DNA of 64,000 bases from IMGVR_UViG_3300025012_000028:62001-126000, one strand, 5' to 3'; numbered from the stretch's first letter, positions 1 to 10,154 are shown. The notes: generated from the sequence alone by a model not told the origin. Numbers and translations: made by a program.

Positions 1-866
1 CGTTCTGATTCATTGTCGATTAGCAATCTCAAATTCTCATACCAGTTTTCAAATAAGCCAGTCTCATTTTCCAAGATGGTGTGGACGTATGGGTAAACTC
101 TGTCTGAGATAGTAGCGATGGAGTGTAGAGAATATTCTAAGAACTTAATGTTGGATTTACTTTGGTTGAATAAATTATTTTGACAGGGGATCAAACCTAT
201 ATCCAATTTTAATTTATCTATTGTGTTGTGGTATTCATTCACTTCTGTCCAAGGTTGATTTGTGATTTTGATGTGGGACAAGCAATCTGGGATTTCACCA
301 TAAATTATAATCTCAACTTCTTCTTGAATTCTTTCCAGAGCAGTTATAAGTTCATTAGAGAAATCCCCATTGTGTGAACGACTTCCTACCCACCCAACTT
401 TTAGTTTTGTGTTGTGGTGTGGTGTTAGTGGTCTGGATTGAATATTGTTGGGTATTACTATGACACGTCTATTGAAATGATCGTGGATATATTGTGCCAG
501 TGGTTCGGTGGAACATATCACCCCATCTACCAATTCAATATTTGTTGACAGGATTTTTAATTTGTTCTCTGTACAGAACCTTTTTGCAGGATTATAATCT
601 GGAAGTTCAAAGAGATTATCATCCACGTCCACATAAACCTTTTTAATTCGTTTTCGGTTTCTCAACCAAGGGTATAACTTTTCGTGGTAAAAATCCGAGA
701 ATGGTCTTTGGATTATAAACAGATCGTAGTTTAAAAGCTGCAAATCAATTTCTTTGGGAGTTTTTAATATTGAGACGTTGTGGTTTTGAGAAAGGTAATT
801 GGATGGATAACTTACCCGATATAATCCACACCCTCCGGTATCGTCTGTCATAAAACAAATATTCAT
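1..866 (-). CDS. Glycosyltransferase, GT-B/GT4-like (runs off the window edge)
   Basis: Hand translation from ATG 866: MNICFMTDDTGGCGLYRV...YVDVDDNLF...KVGWVGSRSH...DIGLIP...FNQSKSNIKFLEY; absent from ORF track; late promoter at 904-911. Confidence 0.8.
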   Translation of the reverse strand, partial: MNICFMTDDTGGCGLYRVSYPSNYLSQNHNVSILKTPKEIDLQLLNYDLFIIQRPFSDFYHEKLYPWLRNRKRIKKVYVDVDDNLFELPDYNPAKRFCTENKLKILSTNIELVDGVICSTEPLAQYIHDHFNRRVIVIPNNIQSRPLTPHHNTKLKVGWVGSRSHNGDFSNELITALERIQEEVEIIIYGEIPDCLSHIKITNQPWTEVNEYHNTIDKLKLDIGLIPCQNNLFNQSKSNIKFLEYSLHSIATISDRVYPYVHTILENETGLFENWYENLRLLIDNESE

Positions 867-874
867 ATTTTCTC

Positions 875-911
875 TTGACTTTAATTTAAAATGGTGGTAA
901 TATTATTTATA
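875..911. promoter_or_regulatory. Sigma70 promoter (+) fused to T4 late promoter (-)
   Basis: TTGACT(875-880)-17 bp-TAATAT(898-903) with TG extension, directly followed by TATTTATA(904-911). Confidence 0.85.
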
Positions 912-924
912 CCAACAAGGAGGA

Positions 925-1140
925 GTGATTATGAAACGAGTTAAAGGACATACTGCATCATATACTCGCACTGGTGCCAACGATTCGTATCATATGGTAC
1001 GGTGTTCTTGTGGATGGCAACCCTCTCATTCGCGCAACACCAAAGAGGGAATTGTGGCAGCGTTCGATAACCACAAAGCCATCATAATTTCCGAAATGGA
1101 AAATATAACTGTGTTAGCAGTTTTTCAAAAATATTCTTAA
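925..1140 (+). CDS. Small early protein with CSC motif
   Basis: AGGAGG RBS; first gene after promoter; likely ATG at 931. Confidence 0.65.
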   Translation: MIMKRVKGHTASYTRTGANDSYHMVRCSCGWQPSHSRNTKEGIVAAFDNHKAIIISEMENITVLAVFQKYS

Positions 1141-1150
1141 GGAGGAAATT

Positions 1151-1318
1151 ATGAAAGAATCCATCTTCAAAGTCGGTGATGCTGTCAAATATTGTCCCAA
1201 AGATTCGATGTTGGTGTGGTATGGAACGGTGGTTTCCGTGGGTAAAAAATATATGAAAATAAAGTATAGTGATGAAACCATTGAAAAAGTTGCCATCAAT
1301 TTAGTAAATTTCGATTGA
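1151..1318 (+). CDS. Small SH3/KOW-like hypothetical protein (55 aa)
   Basis: GGAGG RBS; MKESIFKVGDAVKY...; hand translated. Confidence 0.65.
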   Translation: MKESIFKVGDAVKYCPKDSMLVWYGTVVSVGKKYMKIKYSDETIEKVAINLVNFD

Positions 1319-1342
1319 CTTTATTTTAAATCCTGATATAAT
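1315..1342 (+). promoter_or_regulatory. Sigma70 early promoter
   Basis: TTGACT-16 bp-TATAAT with TG extension. Confidence 0.75.
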
Positions 1343-1356
1343 CTTTCCATAAACCA

Positions 1357-1566
1357 ATGAGGGAGGAAGTTATGGAAGAGAAAATGGTCGAGGTTGAAAT
1401 GTCGTGTGGCTGTTTTTTTCAAGTTCCCGAATCCATTTCCGAGGATATGGGGGAAGTTGAAGGTTATCTTCTCGATGAAAAATATATCAACGTTCAACAA
1501 ATGGACGTATCGCGCTTCGATGCGGTCTGCTCCAAATGTCATAGAACCATAATGAAGGATATTTAA
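1357..1566 (+). CDS. Small Zn-binding hypothetical protein
   Basis: CGC and CSKC motifs; GGAGG RBS before MEEK. Confidence 0.6.
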   Translation: MREEVMEEKMVEVEMSCGCFFQVPESISEDMGEVEGYLLDEKYINVQQMDVSRFDAVCSKCHRTIMKDI

Positions 1567-1791
1567 ATGGAACTGGTTAAAGTGGTTGTTCACACCATCT
1601 TTGAACATGATGGTTTGACCTTCAGTGTAAGTGTGACTGCGGTTCAGAAACACAAAGAAATCATCGGGGTCTATGTTGATCGTGAAGGGAATCAGAATGA
1701 TCTGTACGCTAAATCAATCTATGGTAAACAAGTAATCGAAACGTTGGGGGCTTATACTAAAGAACATGGAATTTTAAGTAAGGAGAGATAA
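1567..1791 (+). CDS. Hypothetical protein
   Basis: AAGGA RBS; abuts neighbours. Confidence 0.6.
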   Translation: MELVKVVVHTIFEHDGLTFSVSVTAVQKHKEIIGVYVDREGNQNDLYAKSIYGKQVIETLGAYTKEHGILSKER

Positions 1792-2226
1792 ATGGAAAAT
1801 CTTGGGTGTAAAGTTAAACTAATACATTCTCGTTATGGGTTTCTTATGATTAGGAATGTCACAGAAATTCATTTCAACCATCATCACGTCAAAGAGCGGT
1901 TCCTGAAAAAGATCAGTCTTGCAATCGAATCTGATATCCACGCGACAGGCGGAACGTATGATATGGATGAAGTAATGGAATTCGAAACTGAATTGGAAAT
2001 CGAGAAAGCAGAGAAACCCGAAGAGTATTATACAGACGAAACCTTTACTAATTTGGTGGATGATGTTAAACCCACAATGGCTGTTCAATTTGAGAAACAT
2101 TATAATGTTAACCATCTGCTGTCATATATGATTGGAAACCAATCTAAATTTGATTGTGATAGTAATTATCTATATATAGAGTTCTCCGATGGTTCAATAT
2201 TCAGACGGCATTTAAAGGAGATATGA
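1792..2226 (+). CDS. Hypothetical protein
   Basis: AAGGAG RBS; operonic spacing. Confidence 0.65.
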   Translation: MENLGCKVKLIHSRYGFLMIRNVTEIHFNHHHVKERFLKKISLAIESDIHATGGTYDMDEVMEFETELEIEKAEKPEEYYTDETFTNLVDDVKPTMAVQFEKHYNVNHLLSYMIGNQSKFDCDSNYLYIEFSDGSIFRRHLKEI

Positions 2227-2636
2227 ATGAGTTTAGATAGAAGTTCTACCAAATGGAGCAAGATATTGTTGGGAATGTCGCAAACCAGTTCTCAATTGTA
2301 TTGATTTGATTCCAATATGTTCTGCCGAGAATGTCACGACAAAATGATTAAGAAAAGTCAAGAAGCTTTATCGGATTATTGGGAAGGTAAAGGAGATATA
2401 ACTTCAACGATTGTAAACAAATTGTCGCTGTGGATAGGGCAACCGGTGATCAGTATGTCATAGGCTCCAAAAAGATTATAGATGGGTATGGGGATGTTAA
2501 GACTGAGTTCATGAACTACACCTTCGAACTCTATGATTTAAGGATTGATTATTTTCTGAAAAAACCTTGTTTCAGAGTCGTAAGATGTAAAGAGACAATT
2601 GGCAACCAAGAAACTATGGATCTTATTTTCGAATAA
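2223..2636 (+). pseudogene. Frameshifted Zn-finger gene (three apparent single-base deletions) or sequence error
   Basis: AAGGAG RBS; CWEC and CREC halves lie in successive frames and join ORF 2430..2636 if one base is restored near 2235, 2306 and 2390. Confidence 0.55.
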
Positions 2637-2650
2637 AAAAGGAGTGAGTT

Positions 2651-3025
2651 ATGGAACAGAAAATGCCGAAGCTTGATAGGGATGGGTTTGCTTATTGGTT
2701 TATTCTTGCGGCTGTATCTAGGAAAGCCAAAAAAACATCTCCTGATGCACCTTATCCTAGCACAAAAGCCGTCATTGGGTGGGAAGACCTATCGTTTGAT
2801 AATTGTAACATTGAATTTAAAATTAATGGTGTCGATGTTGATTTCCTCGACATGATGGAAAGAATTGAGGAAAGTCATGATCATGCAATTAAAAGAGTTG
2901 CGGAAGATTTAGTTAAAGATAAACTCAAACAGATCGATGATGAATTTGAGGACATCAAAGATATGACTCTTCGGGCAATCAGAGAGAAGTTTGAAAATAA
3001 AGAAGAAAGTGATATACATGATTAA
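2651..3025 (+). CDS. Hypothetical protein
   Basis: AGGAG RBS; 124 aa. Confidence 0.65.
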   Translation: MEQKMPKLDRDGFAYWFILAAVSRKAKKTSPDAPYPSTKAVIGWEDLSFDNCNIEFKINGVDVDFLDMMERIEESHDHAIKRVAEDLVKDKLKQIDDEFEDIKDMTLRAIREKFENKEESDIHD

Positions 3026-3233
3026 ATTCATTTCTCTTGTGTTAAATATTATCATGGGAAGTATGGTGGTGGTTTTAGTCTCTATTCTCCTGATTAAACT
3101 TTATTTTTCTTTCATGTCTTTCATTTGTTTTAATTTTGGTCATAAGTGGAAACATGTTCAGGAGTATAAGGGTCTGTTTGTTTACTGTTCTCGGTGTGGT
3201 GAAGAGGGTCTTGATTTGGGTGAGACGAAATAA
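3018..3233 (+). CDS. Small membrane protein with C-x3-GHKW...CSRCG motif (DUF1660-like)
   Basis: Hydrophobic N-terminus plus Cys/His motif. Confidence 0.55.
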   Translation: MIKFISLVLNIIMGSMVVVLVSILLIKLYFSFMSFICFNFGHKWKHVQEYKGLFVYCSRCGEEGLDLGETK

Positions 3234-3267
3234 AAAACCCCACTAAATTTCTCTAGTGGGGTTTTTT
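3232..3267. terminator. Bidirectional intrinsic terminator
   Basis: AAAAAACCCCACTA...TAGTGGGGTTTTTT between convergent genes. Confidence 0.85.
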
Positions 3268-3284
3268 GGTTATGAACTTACCTC

Positions 3285-4895
3285 TTAAAAGAAGTAAGTA
3301 TCGTTGATGAAGCTGGAACCGGTGAAGTCACAGAGAACTTTTCTGTAATACTTCTCTGCGCCCCAAATGCTACCCATGATGGCGTCTCTCGACTGGAAAC
3401 CGATTACGTTGGCAAAGGTGTTAGGATCGGTTACTTTGATCATCTGAAGCGGGATGTATGGGCAGTACATGATACCAGAGTCGGTATTCGCGCTTCCTTT
3501 GTAGCCCACGATGAAGTAATCACTCCAAGAGAAGGTATCGAGATAGACACTAAATCTTCCATCCAGAGTACCAACTTTAGCAACACCAAACTGAGGCTCG
3601 ACATTACCGGGAACCTGAGAGTACATAAAGTTACTCAGAGTCTCAAGAGCGGTTACGACATTCAGAGAAGCCAGAATGAAGTTAGCGGGACCACGGCGAG
3701 TTGAGAGAGCAACCCTGTTTGCTTCGTTCACGATACGGGTGTACAGTGAGCGGAATTTCTCAAGTTCCCAACGACCATCAGCGGTCTGTGCAGTCTGACC
3801 AGTAAGATCAGAAGGTTTGCCCATGATCTGACCCGGAGTTCCGTAGAACCAAGAACCAGCGTTGGTTGCTACACCGTGGATGGTATCAACGATATCCCTA
3901 TCCAGTTCAGCAGAGATTTCGTACTCAAGAATGTTAATCAGTTCTGCTTCAGCATTCAGGCCGAACTGTGCTTTAAGATCCTGTGCCAGTTCCATTGAGT
4001 ATTCTGCTTTGTACTTACGAGTTTCAGCGGTGACACTGAATTTCTCAACAGAAACTTTCATAGACTTCATTGCGGAACGCTGCATATATTCGGCAGATGC
4101 AGTTGTCTGATAAGGAGCGTAAGCAGTTCCGAACAGCAGGTTGTAACCAGCTTCGTTGTTGAACAGACCACGGATGTTGGTATCCGTTCCAAGTTCTACA
4201 CCAGCGCCACCGAAGGAAACGACTGCACCAGTAGCGAGTGCGGTTTTAGCAGCAATCGAATCTTTACCGGCTTTAAGCTGAATCAGCATTTTGGTTACGT
4301 TCTGACCAGCATCATACTGTGCGAGAACCACGTTACCCCAATCGGCAGCAGCGCCAGAAGCAGCACCATCAGCATCAATGGTAAAGTTGTAAGTGTTGGT
4401 CGCATCGGTGATTGCAACGGCAGCAGCAGGAATCTGACCACTCACAACAACACCGATGGACTGGAAGGACTGATCAGGAAGTTGGGTGCGTGGATTCAGT
4501 TTGTTGGTGCTCAGATTACCGGGATAATCAGCGGTGTTGTAATTCTGAAGGTTGTTCTTAGCAGCGCCCTTAACACCAGTTTCGTACCCATTGCGGATTG
4601 CAAACACAAACCCGTTAGGAGAATTCATCGGCTGAACACCAACGAGGTCATTAGAAACAAGGTTGGGGAAAATCCTACGAACAGCAGGAACCAGAATCGG
4701 GGTATACTGAGTGAAGTCGTTCAGGGAAGTCGAACCATCTTCCATCAGGTAATTTTGCTGATTCTCAAGCAGACGTGCCAGCGGCTCTCTCATGTCATGG
4801 CGGATAGGTTTGATTTTACCTGCGACATTAATTTCAGGATTTTTATCTGCATCCAGAATCGGTTTCCACTCTTCGACTAAAAGTTTTTCGGACAT
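3285..4895 (-). CDS. gp23: Major capsid protein (gp23-like)
   Basis: LLENQ, DLVGVQPMNSPNG, AETRKYKAEYSMELAQDLKA, EISAELDRDI, YCPYIPL motifs. Confidence 0.97.
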   Translation of the reverse strand: MSEKLLVEEWKPILDADKNPEINVAGKIKPIRHDMREPLARLLENQQNYLMEDGSTSLNDFTQYTPILVPAVRRIFPNLVSNDLVGVQPMNSPNGFVFAIRNGYETGVKGAAKNNLQNYNTADYPGNLSTNKLNPRTQLPDQSFQSIGVVVSGQIPAAAVAITDATNTYNFTIDADGAASGAAADWGNVVLAQYDAGQNVTKMLIQLKAGKDSIAAKTALATGAVVSFGGAGVELGTDTNIRGLFNNEAGYNLLFGTAYAPYQTTASAEYMQRSAMKSMKVSVEKFSVTAETRKYKAEYSMELAQDLKAQFGLNAEAELINILEYEISAELDRDIVDTIHGVATNAGSWFYGTPGQIMGKPSDLTGQTAQTADGRWELEKFRSLYTRIVNEANRVALSTRRGPANFILASLNVVTALETLSNFMYSQVPGNVEPQFGVAKVGTLDGRFSVYLDTFSWSDYFIVGYKGSANTDSGIMYCPYIPLQMIKVTDPNTFANVIGFQSRDAIMGSIWGAEKYYRKVLCDFTGSSFINDTYFF

Positions 4896-4936
4896 TGTAT
4901 ACTTCTCCTTATTAAGTTTTGATGATTAGTTTCTTT

Positions 4937-4944
4937 TATTTATA
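4937..4944 (-). promoter_or_regulatory. T4-type late promoter
   Basis: TATAAATA upstream of gp23. Confidence 0.85.
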
Positions 4945-4959
4945 ATTCTCAAAAAGTTT

Positions 4960-5643
4960 TTACCACTTGAATTGTTTAACCTTGTCTTGTGTCTCAGCAA
5001 TCGGAGGAGTTTCTTTCTCTTCAATGATCACAATCTTCTCTTCTTTTTTGCTGAACGGTTTCTTCTCTTCAGTCAGAACAGTGGTGGAGAAAGCAGCAAC
5101 TTTCCTTTCGAACAGTTCATCAAACGGAAGCTTCTTGGCATACTCAACCAGTTTAGATTTCTGCATGTCAGTATCAAGTTTAGAACAAGCTTCAGTAACC
5201 AGAGCAGCTTTTTCACGCATCTTGATTTCTTTCTTTGCTTCAACGAGTTGGTTGGTAACTTTGTTCAGTTCAGCTTTAGCTTCAACCAGTGCTTCTTCAT
5301 CCGTGACTTTCTTTTCGTCCAGTTGAATATTAAAATCTTCAACGATCTGATTGAAAGCTTTGAGTACACGTTCAGCAGTTTTTACTTTTACAGACTCTTC
5401 GATTGTCTTAGCATTTTCTTTGGTGAATTCTTCAACAAAGAGGTTGATATAATCGTCAAGTTTGTTGGTAAGGGATTCTTGGAACTGTTCAGTATCGATT
5501 TTGTTCTTAGCTTCCAGTTCTTCTTCTTTTACCTTAACGGCTTCGTTAATAGCATTTTCAAAAAGAACCGCCATCTGAAGTTTTACATCTTCAGTAAGAA
5601 CATCGCTCTGAATGGATTCAAAAAGTTTATCGATGTCGTTCAT
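4960..5643 (-). CDS. gp22: Prohead core scaffold protein (gp22-like)
   Basis: Coiled-coil acidic protein between gp21 and gp23; AAGGAG RBS before ATG 5643; late promoters at 5673-5680 and 5706-5713. Confidence 0.85.
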   Translation of the reverse strand: MNDIDKLFESIQSDVLTEDVKLQMAVLFENAINEAVKVKEEELEAKNKIDTEQFQESLTNKLDDYINLFVEEFTKENAKTIEESVKVKTAERVLKAFNQIVEDFNIQLDEKKVTDEEALVEAKAELNKVTNQLVEAKKEIKMREKAALVTEACSKLDTDMQKSKLVEYAKKLPFDELFERKVAAFSTTVLTEEKKPFSKKEEKIVIIEEKETPPIAETQDKVKQFKW

Positions 5644-5719
5644 GTTTAATATCTCTCCTTTGTACTTTGTTTTATTTATAAAATTGAAAAACTTTTTTCT
5701 AATTCTATTTATAAAAGTG

Positions 5720-6406
5720 TTAAATGTGTTTTGTCTTAATTTTGTTGATGGTTTCATTGAACAGTTTCAGGAAAGCGCCTTGACGATCCTCTTTTGAGAA
5801 TTGGTGTTCTAAAACTACCTTATCAACTTCAGCAACAATGATGTCGCGTTCCCTTTCTGTGAGCAGACCATTTTCAAAAACCCACTCTTTATTTTCACAG
5901 ATATTATCCAACAGACAGGAAGGACCGGAATTGTCATGAACCAGATCATTTGTTTTCCAAAACCAATCACCCTGAACAATCGAGTTCTTGACTGTGCCGG
6001 TTCCCCTAGTGGATGTTCCGACCTTAACACCCTCATCCATCAGAGACTTGATCACTTTACCAAGAGGAGTATCCAGAACTAATGAACGACCATATGCAAT
6101 ATTACCATCCATCTTAAGTTCTTTGATAAGGTGACTGACTCTCTCATAAGTAATATCTACATTCTGAGGATGTCCACATTCACCAAGTAATCTGTTCTGA
6201 GGAATTTCTTTCAGGTTCAATCTTTGTACATTCTTTTCTACTACAACTCTAGGATAGGTACGACCATTCCCATTTTTAATTTCACTGTCGGCGTGAGGAC
6301 CATTGAGCCAATATTTTTTGATTGGTTTACCATCATTGGTACTTTCGGTGATGATTTTGTTTTCCACACTCTGAAAATCAATTTCTTCTATCAGAAGTTC
6401 TGCCAT
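5720..6406 (-). CDS. gp21: Prohead protease (gp21-like)
   Basis: NGNGRTYP, LGECGHP, VSH, DTPLG, GTSTRGTG motifs. Confidence 0.95.
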   Translation of the reverse strand: MAELLIEEIDFQSVENKIITESTNDGKPIKKYWLNGPHADSEIKNGNGRTYPRVVVEKNVQRLNLKEIPQNRLLGECGHPQNVDITYERVSHLIKELKMDGNIAYGRSLVLDTPLGKVIKSLMDEGVKVGTSTRGTGTVKNSIVQGDWFWKTNDLVHDNSGPSCLLDNICENKEWVFENGLLTERERDIIVAEVDKVVLEHQFSKEDRQGAFLKLFNETINKIKTKHI

Positions 6407-6436
6407 ATGTTATTCTCCATTAATAAGAATTTCTTT

Positions 6437-6497
6437 TATTTATATTCTGAAATTATTTATATTTTGGGTTGACTTAATTCTGAAATGGTGGTAATAT
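6437..6497. promoter_or_regulatory. Two late promoters (-) back-to-back with a sigma70 promoter (+)
   Basis: TATTTATA 6437-6444 and 6454-6461; TTGACT(6469)-17 bp-TAATAT(6492). Confidence 0.85.
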
Positions 6498-6532
6498 TAT
6501 TTTGTAAACCAAATCCACTCTAGGAGGAAGTT

Positions 6533-6691
6533 ATGGCAAAGAAACTTGTTTATTGGAAACAACTTGATAATGGTAAATTTGTGATCGTGGATAAAAATGG
6601 TAGACATCTAACCACCGAGCAGGGTTTTAAAAATACTGTTATTGAACTGGCTAAAGTAAATCATCGTTGGGAACTTAAAGGAGAACTTTGA
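6533..6691 (+). CDS. Small early hypothetical protein (52 aa)
   Basis: AGGAGG RBS; MAKKLVYWKQ...; hand translated. Confidence 0.6.
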   Translation: MAKKLVYWKQLDNGKFVIVDKNGRHLTTEQGFKNTVIELAKVNHRWELKGEL

Positions 6692-6692
6692 T

Positions 6693-7199
6693 ATGGAACT
6701 TTTAGAACATTATCCTTTTTGGGATTTGGTGGCACACACTCTCAAACCTGTAACCAAAACTCCTAAATTGCGCCATTATGGACATGCTTTATCTTTAAGG
6801 TGTAATACCAAGCAACAATTCACCAAATCCCTAAATCTCTTAAATAAATCTGGGGTATTTGAATGTGACACAATCAAAGACACATTTACAATTTACATAT
6901 CACAGAAAGCGTTTTCTCAAAGAAAAATTTTCAAGTTGCCGAAGTCGCTGGCGATGTTGGAACCATTACTTGAAACTATGGGTTACAGGTGGTCTAACCA
7001 TTACATCAACCCAAGCACTCCTAATGATTGTTGGGCAGTAATCAATACTTCATCAAACCATGCGGGACAGGTTGGAATGGATGAATATACTGCAATCGAT
7101 TGTGTAATACGTATGGCGATTACCAGATTGAATTCAAAACAGAAACAGACTGAAGCTTTGAAGACAACTCTGACAGAAGTTTTAGAAGCATTGAAATAA
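6693..7199 (+). CDS. Hypothetical protein
   Basis: AAGGAG RBS; 168 aa. Confidence 0.65.
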   Translation: MELLEHYPFWDLVAHTLKPVTKTPKLRHYGHALSLRCNTKQQFTKSLNLLNKSGVFECDTIKDTFTIYISQKAFSQRKIFKLPKSLAMLEPLLETMGYRWSNHYINPSTPNDCWAVINTSSNHAGQVGMDEYTAIDCVIRMAITRLNSKQKQTEALKTTLTEVLEALK

Positions 7200-7209
7200 G
7201 GAGAACCTT

Positions 7210-7380
7210 ATGAAATTTAAAATCCGTGGTGACTGGCAACCAGATTTTGTGGAGGTTGATCTTTTGGTTTACCTCGATGTCGCAAACTCGTTGGGCATAC
7301 CTATGAGAAAAGGCTCTCCTGAAAATTTTCAAAAGGCATGTGTGCTCGGATTGGTTGAATATGAAGATAAAGATTTTTGA
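7210..7380 (+). CDS. Small hypothetical protein (56 aa)
   Basis: AAGGAG RBS; hand translated. Confidence 0.55.
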   Translation: MKFKIRGDWQPDFVEVDLLVYLDVANSLGIPMRKGSPENFQKACVLGLVEYEDKDF

Positions 7381-7387
7381 AAAATCC

Positions 7388-7416
7388 TTGACTTTTAAAA
7401 TGAAGTCTGGTACTAT
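7388..7416 (+). promoter_or_regulatory. Sigma70 early promoter
   Basis: TTGACT-17 bp-TACTAT with TG extension. Confidence 0.75.
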
Positions 7417-7450
7417 TCATTTAGATTTTAAACCACACTAGGAGGAAGTT

Positions 7451-7702
7451 ATGATCGAAATCACCATTAACACCAAACAGCAATCTATACAGGTTCAATC
7501 TGCAATCGATGTCGCCACAATAGCACTAACGGATTATAATAAGTTTTCCGGCAAGGAAGAGGGAATTATCGAAACTGTTATGGGTTGGGCAGAGAAAAAT
7601 TTGGAAATGGCTAAAGCCGAACATCTGGACGTTTTCGAACGAGAGAAATATATCAACAAGGCAATTGCTTACGCAAACGTTCTGGAAATCTTAATTCAAT
7701 AG
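7451..7702 (+). CDS. Hypothetical protein
   Basis: AGGAGG RBS. Confidence 0.65.
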   Translation: MIEITINTKQQSIQVQSAIDVATIALTDYNKFSGKEEGIIETVMGWAEKNLEMAKAEHLDVFEREKYINKAIAYANVLEILIQ

Positions 7703-7713
7703 GAGGTCAAGCA

Positions 7714-8274
7714 ATGAAACTCATTGATATGATGAAACGAGTTGACCGTTCCAAAGGAAATTCAGTTGATGGTGACATTGATGATTTCTGTCGGGAACTC
7801 GGGATTGAAAATTATTTCGGGTGGGATCAGGCTTTTTCTGAGCGGGTTCAAGGATACTACCTGATTAAATGGTTCTGCACCGATTCGTGGGTGGGTGCGG
7901 TTGTTTACATCATGGATGATAAACCTGTCGCAATTTCTTACCAATCTGGAAGAAAGAGTGGTCGTGAATTTGAATTTGTCAGCAAAGAAGCTGTGGAGAA
8001 GGTGAGAGCATTTATCCTGTCTCTGATTGAACAGGAAGATCGTTATTCCCTTCTGAATCTGGAAGAAGAACTTGATGAATTCTACACTGTGGATTATACA
8101 TCACAACTTCTGGTGAATAATGGGTTTGTGGATGGAAAACCCTGTGTGGTAGAAACAAATGTTCTAAGAGGTTGGGAATATACAACTTGCAAAGAGGTTG
8201 GAGTGAAGTTTGAAGATGGAAGTACCAAGACAGTATCAATCAAAGACTTCAAAATTCCCTGTCACTTTATCTAA
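7714..8274 (+). CDS. Hypothetical phage protein (KWFCTDSWVG motif)
   Basis: AGGAGG RBS; 186 aa. Confidence 0.7.
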   Translation: MKLIDMMKRVDRSKGNSVDGDIDDFCRELGIENYFGWDQAFSERVQGYYLIKWFCTDSWVGAVVYIMDDKPVAISYQSGRKSGREFEFVSKEAVEKVRAFILSLIEQEDRYSLLNLEEELDEFYTVDYTSQLLVNNGFVDGKPCVVETNVLRGWEYTTCKEVGVKFEDGSTKTVSIKDFKIPCHFI

Positions 8275-8278
8275 TATC

Positions 8279-8315
8279 AAAAACCCTCTAGAGTTTATAA
8301 ACTCTAGAGGGTTTT
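8279..8315. terminator. Bidirectional intrinsic terminator
   Basis: AAAACCCTCTAGAGTTT/AAACTCTAGAGGGTTTT. Confidence 0.85.
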
Positions 8316-8477
8316 GTTTAAGCAGTTTTAAATTGTCGCATGACCAGCTTTTCTTTTTCCTTAACAATCTCTCCAATCCTTGTTTTAAGTTTGTCGGCCA
8401 CAACCAGACCAATATTTTGTTTAAAATCTACCGGTGTTTTTTCTGATGCATTGTTAATTGCTTTCCTGATAAGTTCC

Positions 8478-10124
8478 TTAGACATTAGTTTCTTCTCCTT
8501 TAAGATCTGTTGGTTTTTCTGAATCTATTGGTGTTTCTTTTTTGCTGAACGATCCCCCTCCCATTCCCATCGTTGGGGATGAAGAACCTCTACGAGACAC
8601 ATTATATTCGTCTCCAAAATCTGAATTCTCTACGTCCGAGTTAAATTCATCGTCCGATTTGGCAGCATTAGCAATTGCGTTTTCCTGATCAATGCGTTTC
8701 ATCTCTTCGTCGGTCAATCTTAAAATATTCTCTTGAACAAATACTTTTGAAAGGTATCCATTCCCAACCAACTGGTCGGCGTTGTTTGCTGTTGCAATTC
8801 TCATATCGAGAATTTGGTTGTTTTTAATTTCCGAATACTCATTGGAGTTTGCATAGGTGAATTTAATCTTTTCCTGAATCTGCATCCAATCTTCAAGGGA
8901 CATAACTTTTTTAGCAAGCAAATCTTTCTTGAGCAGATCAACAAAGAGATTATTGAAACGCCGTCTGAGTTTCAAAATGAATTTGAAGAATTTCAATTCA
9001 TCCTTTTCAATGTCTACCTGATTAGTTACGGTCATGCGCTGATCAGGAGCGCGTCTAGAGATAGGAACCTTGAGTGACCTATACACCTTATTAACCATAT
9101 AGTCAACGTCTTCAAAAGAGGTAAATCCGGGCGCTGTACCTGCTACATTTTCTACCCTTGGGCCAGAACCACTAGCATCCACCGGAAACCAAAAATCTTC
9201 AAGAACACTAATACTCCTGTTTTTGTTTTCTACTTGTCCAGTATCCAGATTATAAATCTTCTTCTGGCGATATTTATTGATCACCGATTGAAGATATTCT
9301 TCGGCTTTATACTTATTCAATCCCTTGGTCGGAATGTAGAAAGCTCTCTTCTCAGCAGATTTGGTAATCCTCGCAATTACCAAACTATCTTCCACCAAAC
9401 CCAATTGGTTGATAACCTTCATAGCAGAATTTAGATAAGAGATATGAAACTTTTTATCTATACTGGATATTCCAGAATTGATGTGGGTTATCTGTTCATC
9501 TGTATAAAACTTGGTATCATTCTTTATCGATTCACCATAGAAGTATCTCTTCTCTCCGGTGGGAGTAGTAGCTATGTTCATTCCGAAAGGTGTGAGTAAT
9601 ACAAGTTTCTTTATACCATCTCTGATCTTCGCATTATCAAAAACCGATTCAACATTCAACTGTCCATCTACATACCACTGTCTGAATAGATCATCGCCAC
9701 GTTCATTGAAATCCAACATATACAGAATCTTATTCCACGACTCTTGCATTTTTTCTTTGACTGGATCTGGAATCTCGATGTCAGATAGATTCAACTTAAC
9801 TGGTTCTTCGACTTCATCATAAACAATAGCTTCGTTGGCAACTTCATTCACAGCATATTCGACTTCTGGAAGATAAGATGCTTGACGCCATCTCATGATA
9901 CATTCCGTCTTGTTGGTACTTAAAGCTTGTTCTTGGCCGTAAGAGTTGAGAGAGTAGGAGTTGAATGGGTTGTACGAAATGTATGGTGATTCAACTTCCT
10001 TTTCCGTTGATGATTGGGAGCTATCGGGGATCACCATAATCTCTTGTTCAGCCCTTGAATAGAAGGGGAACTTTAGTGTCTCGGTTAAGAAATCCACAGA
10101 CCTTTGTTTAAGTTTATCAAACAT
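8478..10124 (-). CDS. gp20: Portal protein (gp20-like)
   Basis: FRQWYVDG, EDSLVIARI...EKRAFYI, LEDFWFP, LKVPISR motifs. Confidence 0.96.
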   Translation of the reverse strand: MFDKLKQRSVDFLTETLKFPFYSRAEQEIMVIPDSSQSSTEKEVESPYISYNPFNSYSLNSYGQEQALSTNKTECIMRWRQASYLPEVEYAVNEVANEAIVYDEVEEPVKLNLSDIEIPDPVKEKMQESWNKILYMLDFNERGDDLFRQWYVDGQLNVESVFDNAKIRDGIKKLVLLTPFGMNIATTPTGEKRYFYGESIKNDTKFYTDEQITHINSGISSIDKKFHISYLNSAMKVINQLGLVEDSLVIARITKSAEKRAFYIPTKGLNKYKAEEYLQSVINKYRQKKIYNLDTGQVENKNRSISVLEDFWFPVDASGSGPRVENVAGTAPGFTSFEDVDYMVNKVYRSLKVPISRRAPDQRMTVTNQVDIEKDELKFFKFILKLRRRFNNLFVDLLKKDLLAKKVMSLEDWMQIQEKIKFTYANSNEYSEIKNNQILDMRIATANNADQLVGNGYLSKVFVQENILRLTDEEMKRIDQENAIANAAKSDDEFNSDVENSDFGDEYNVSRRGSSSPTMGMGGGSFSKKETPIDSEKPTDLKGEETNV

Positions 10125-10154
10125 TTCATTTCCTTTAGGAATTAGGTTTTATTT

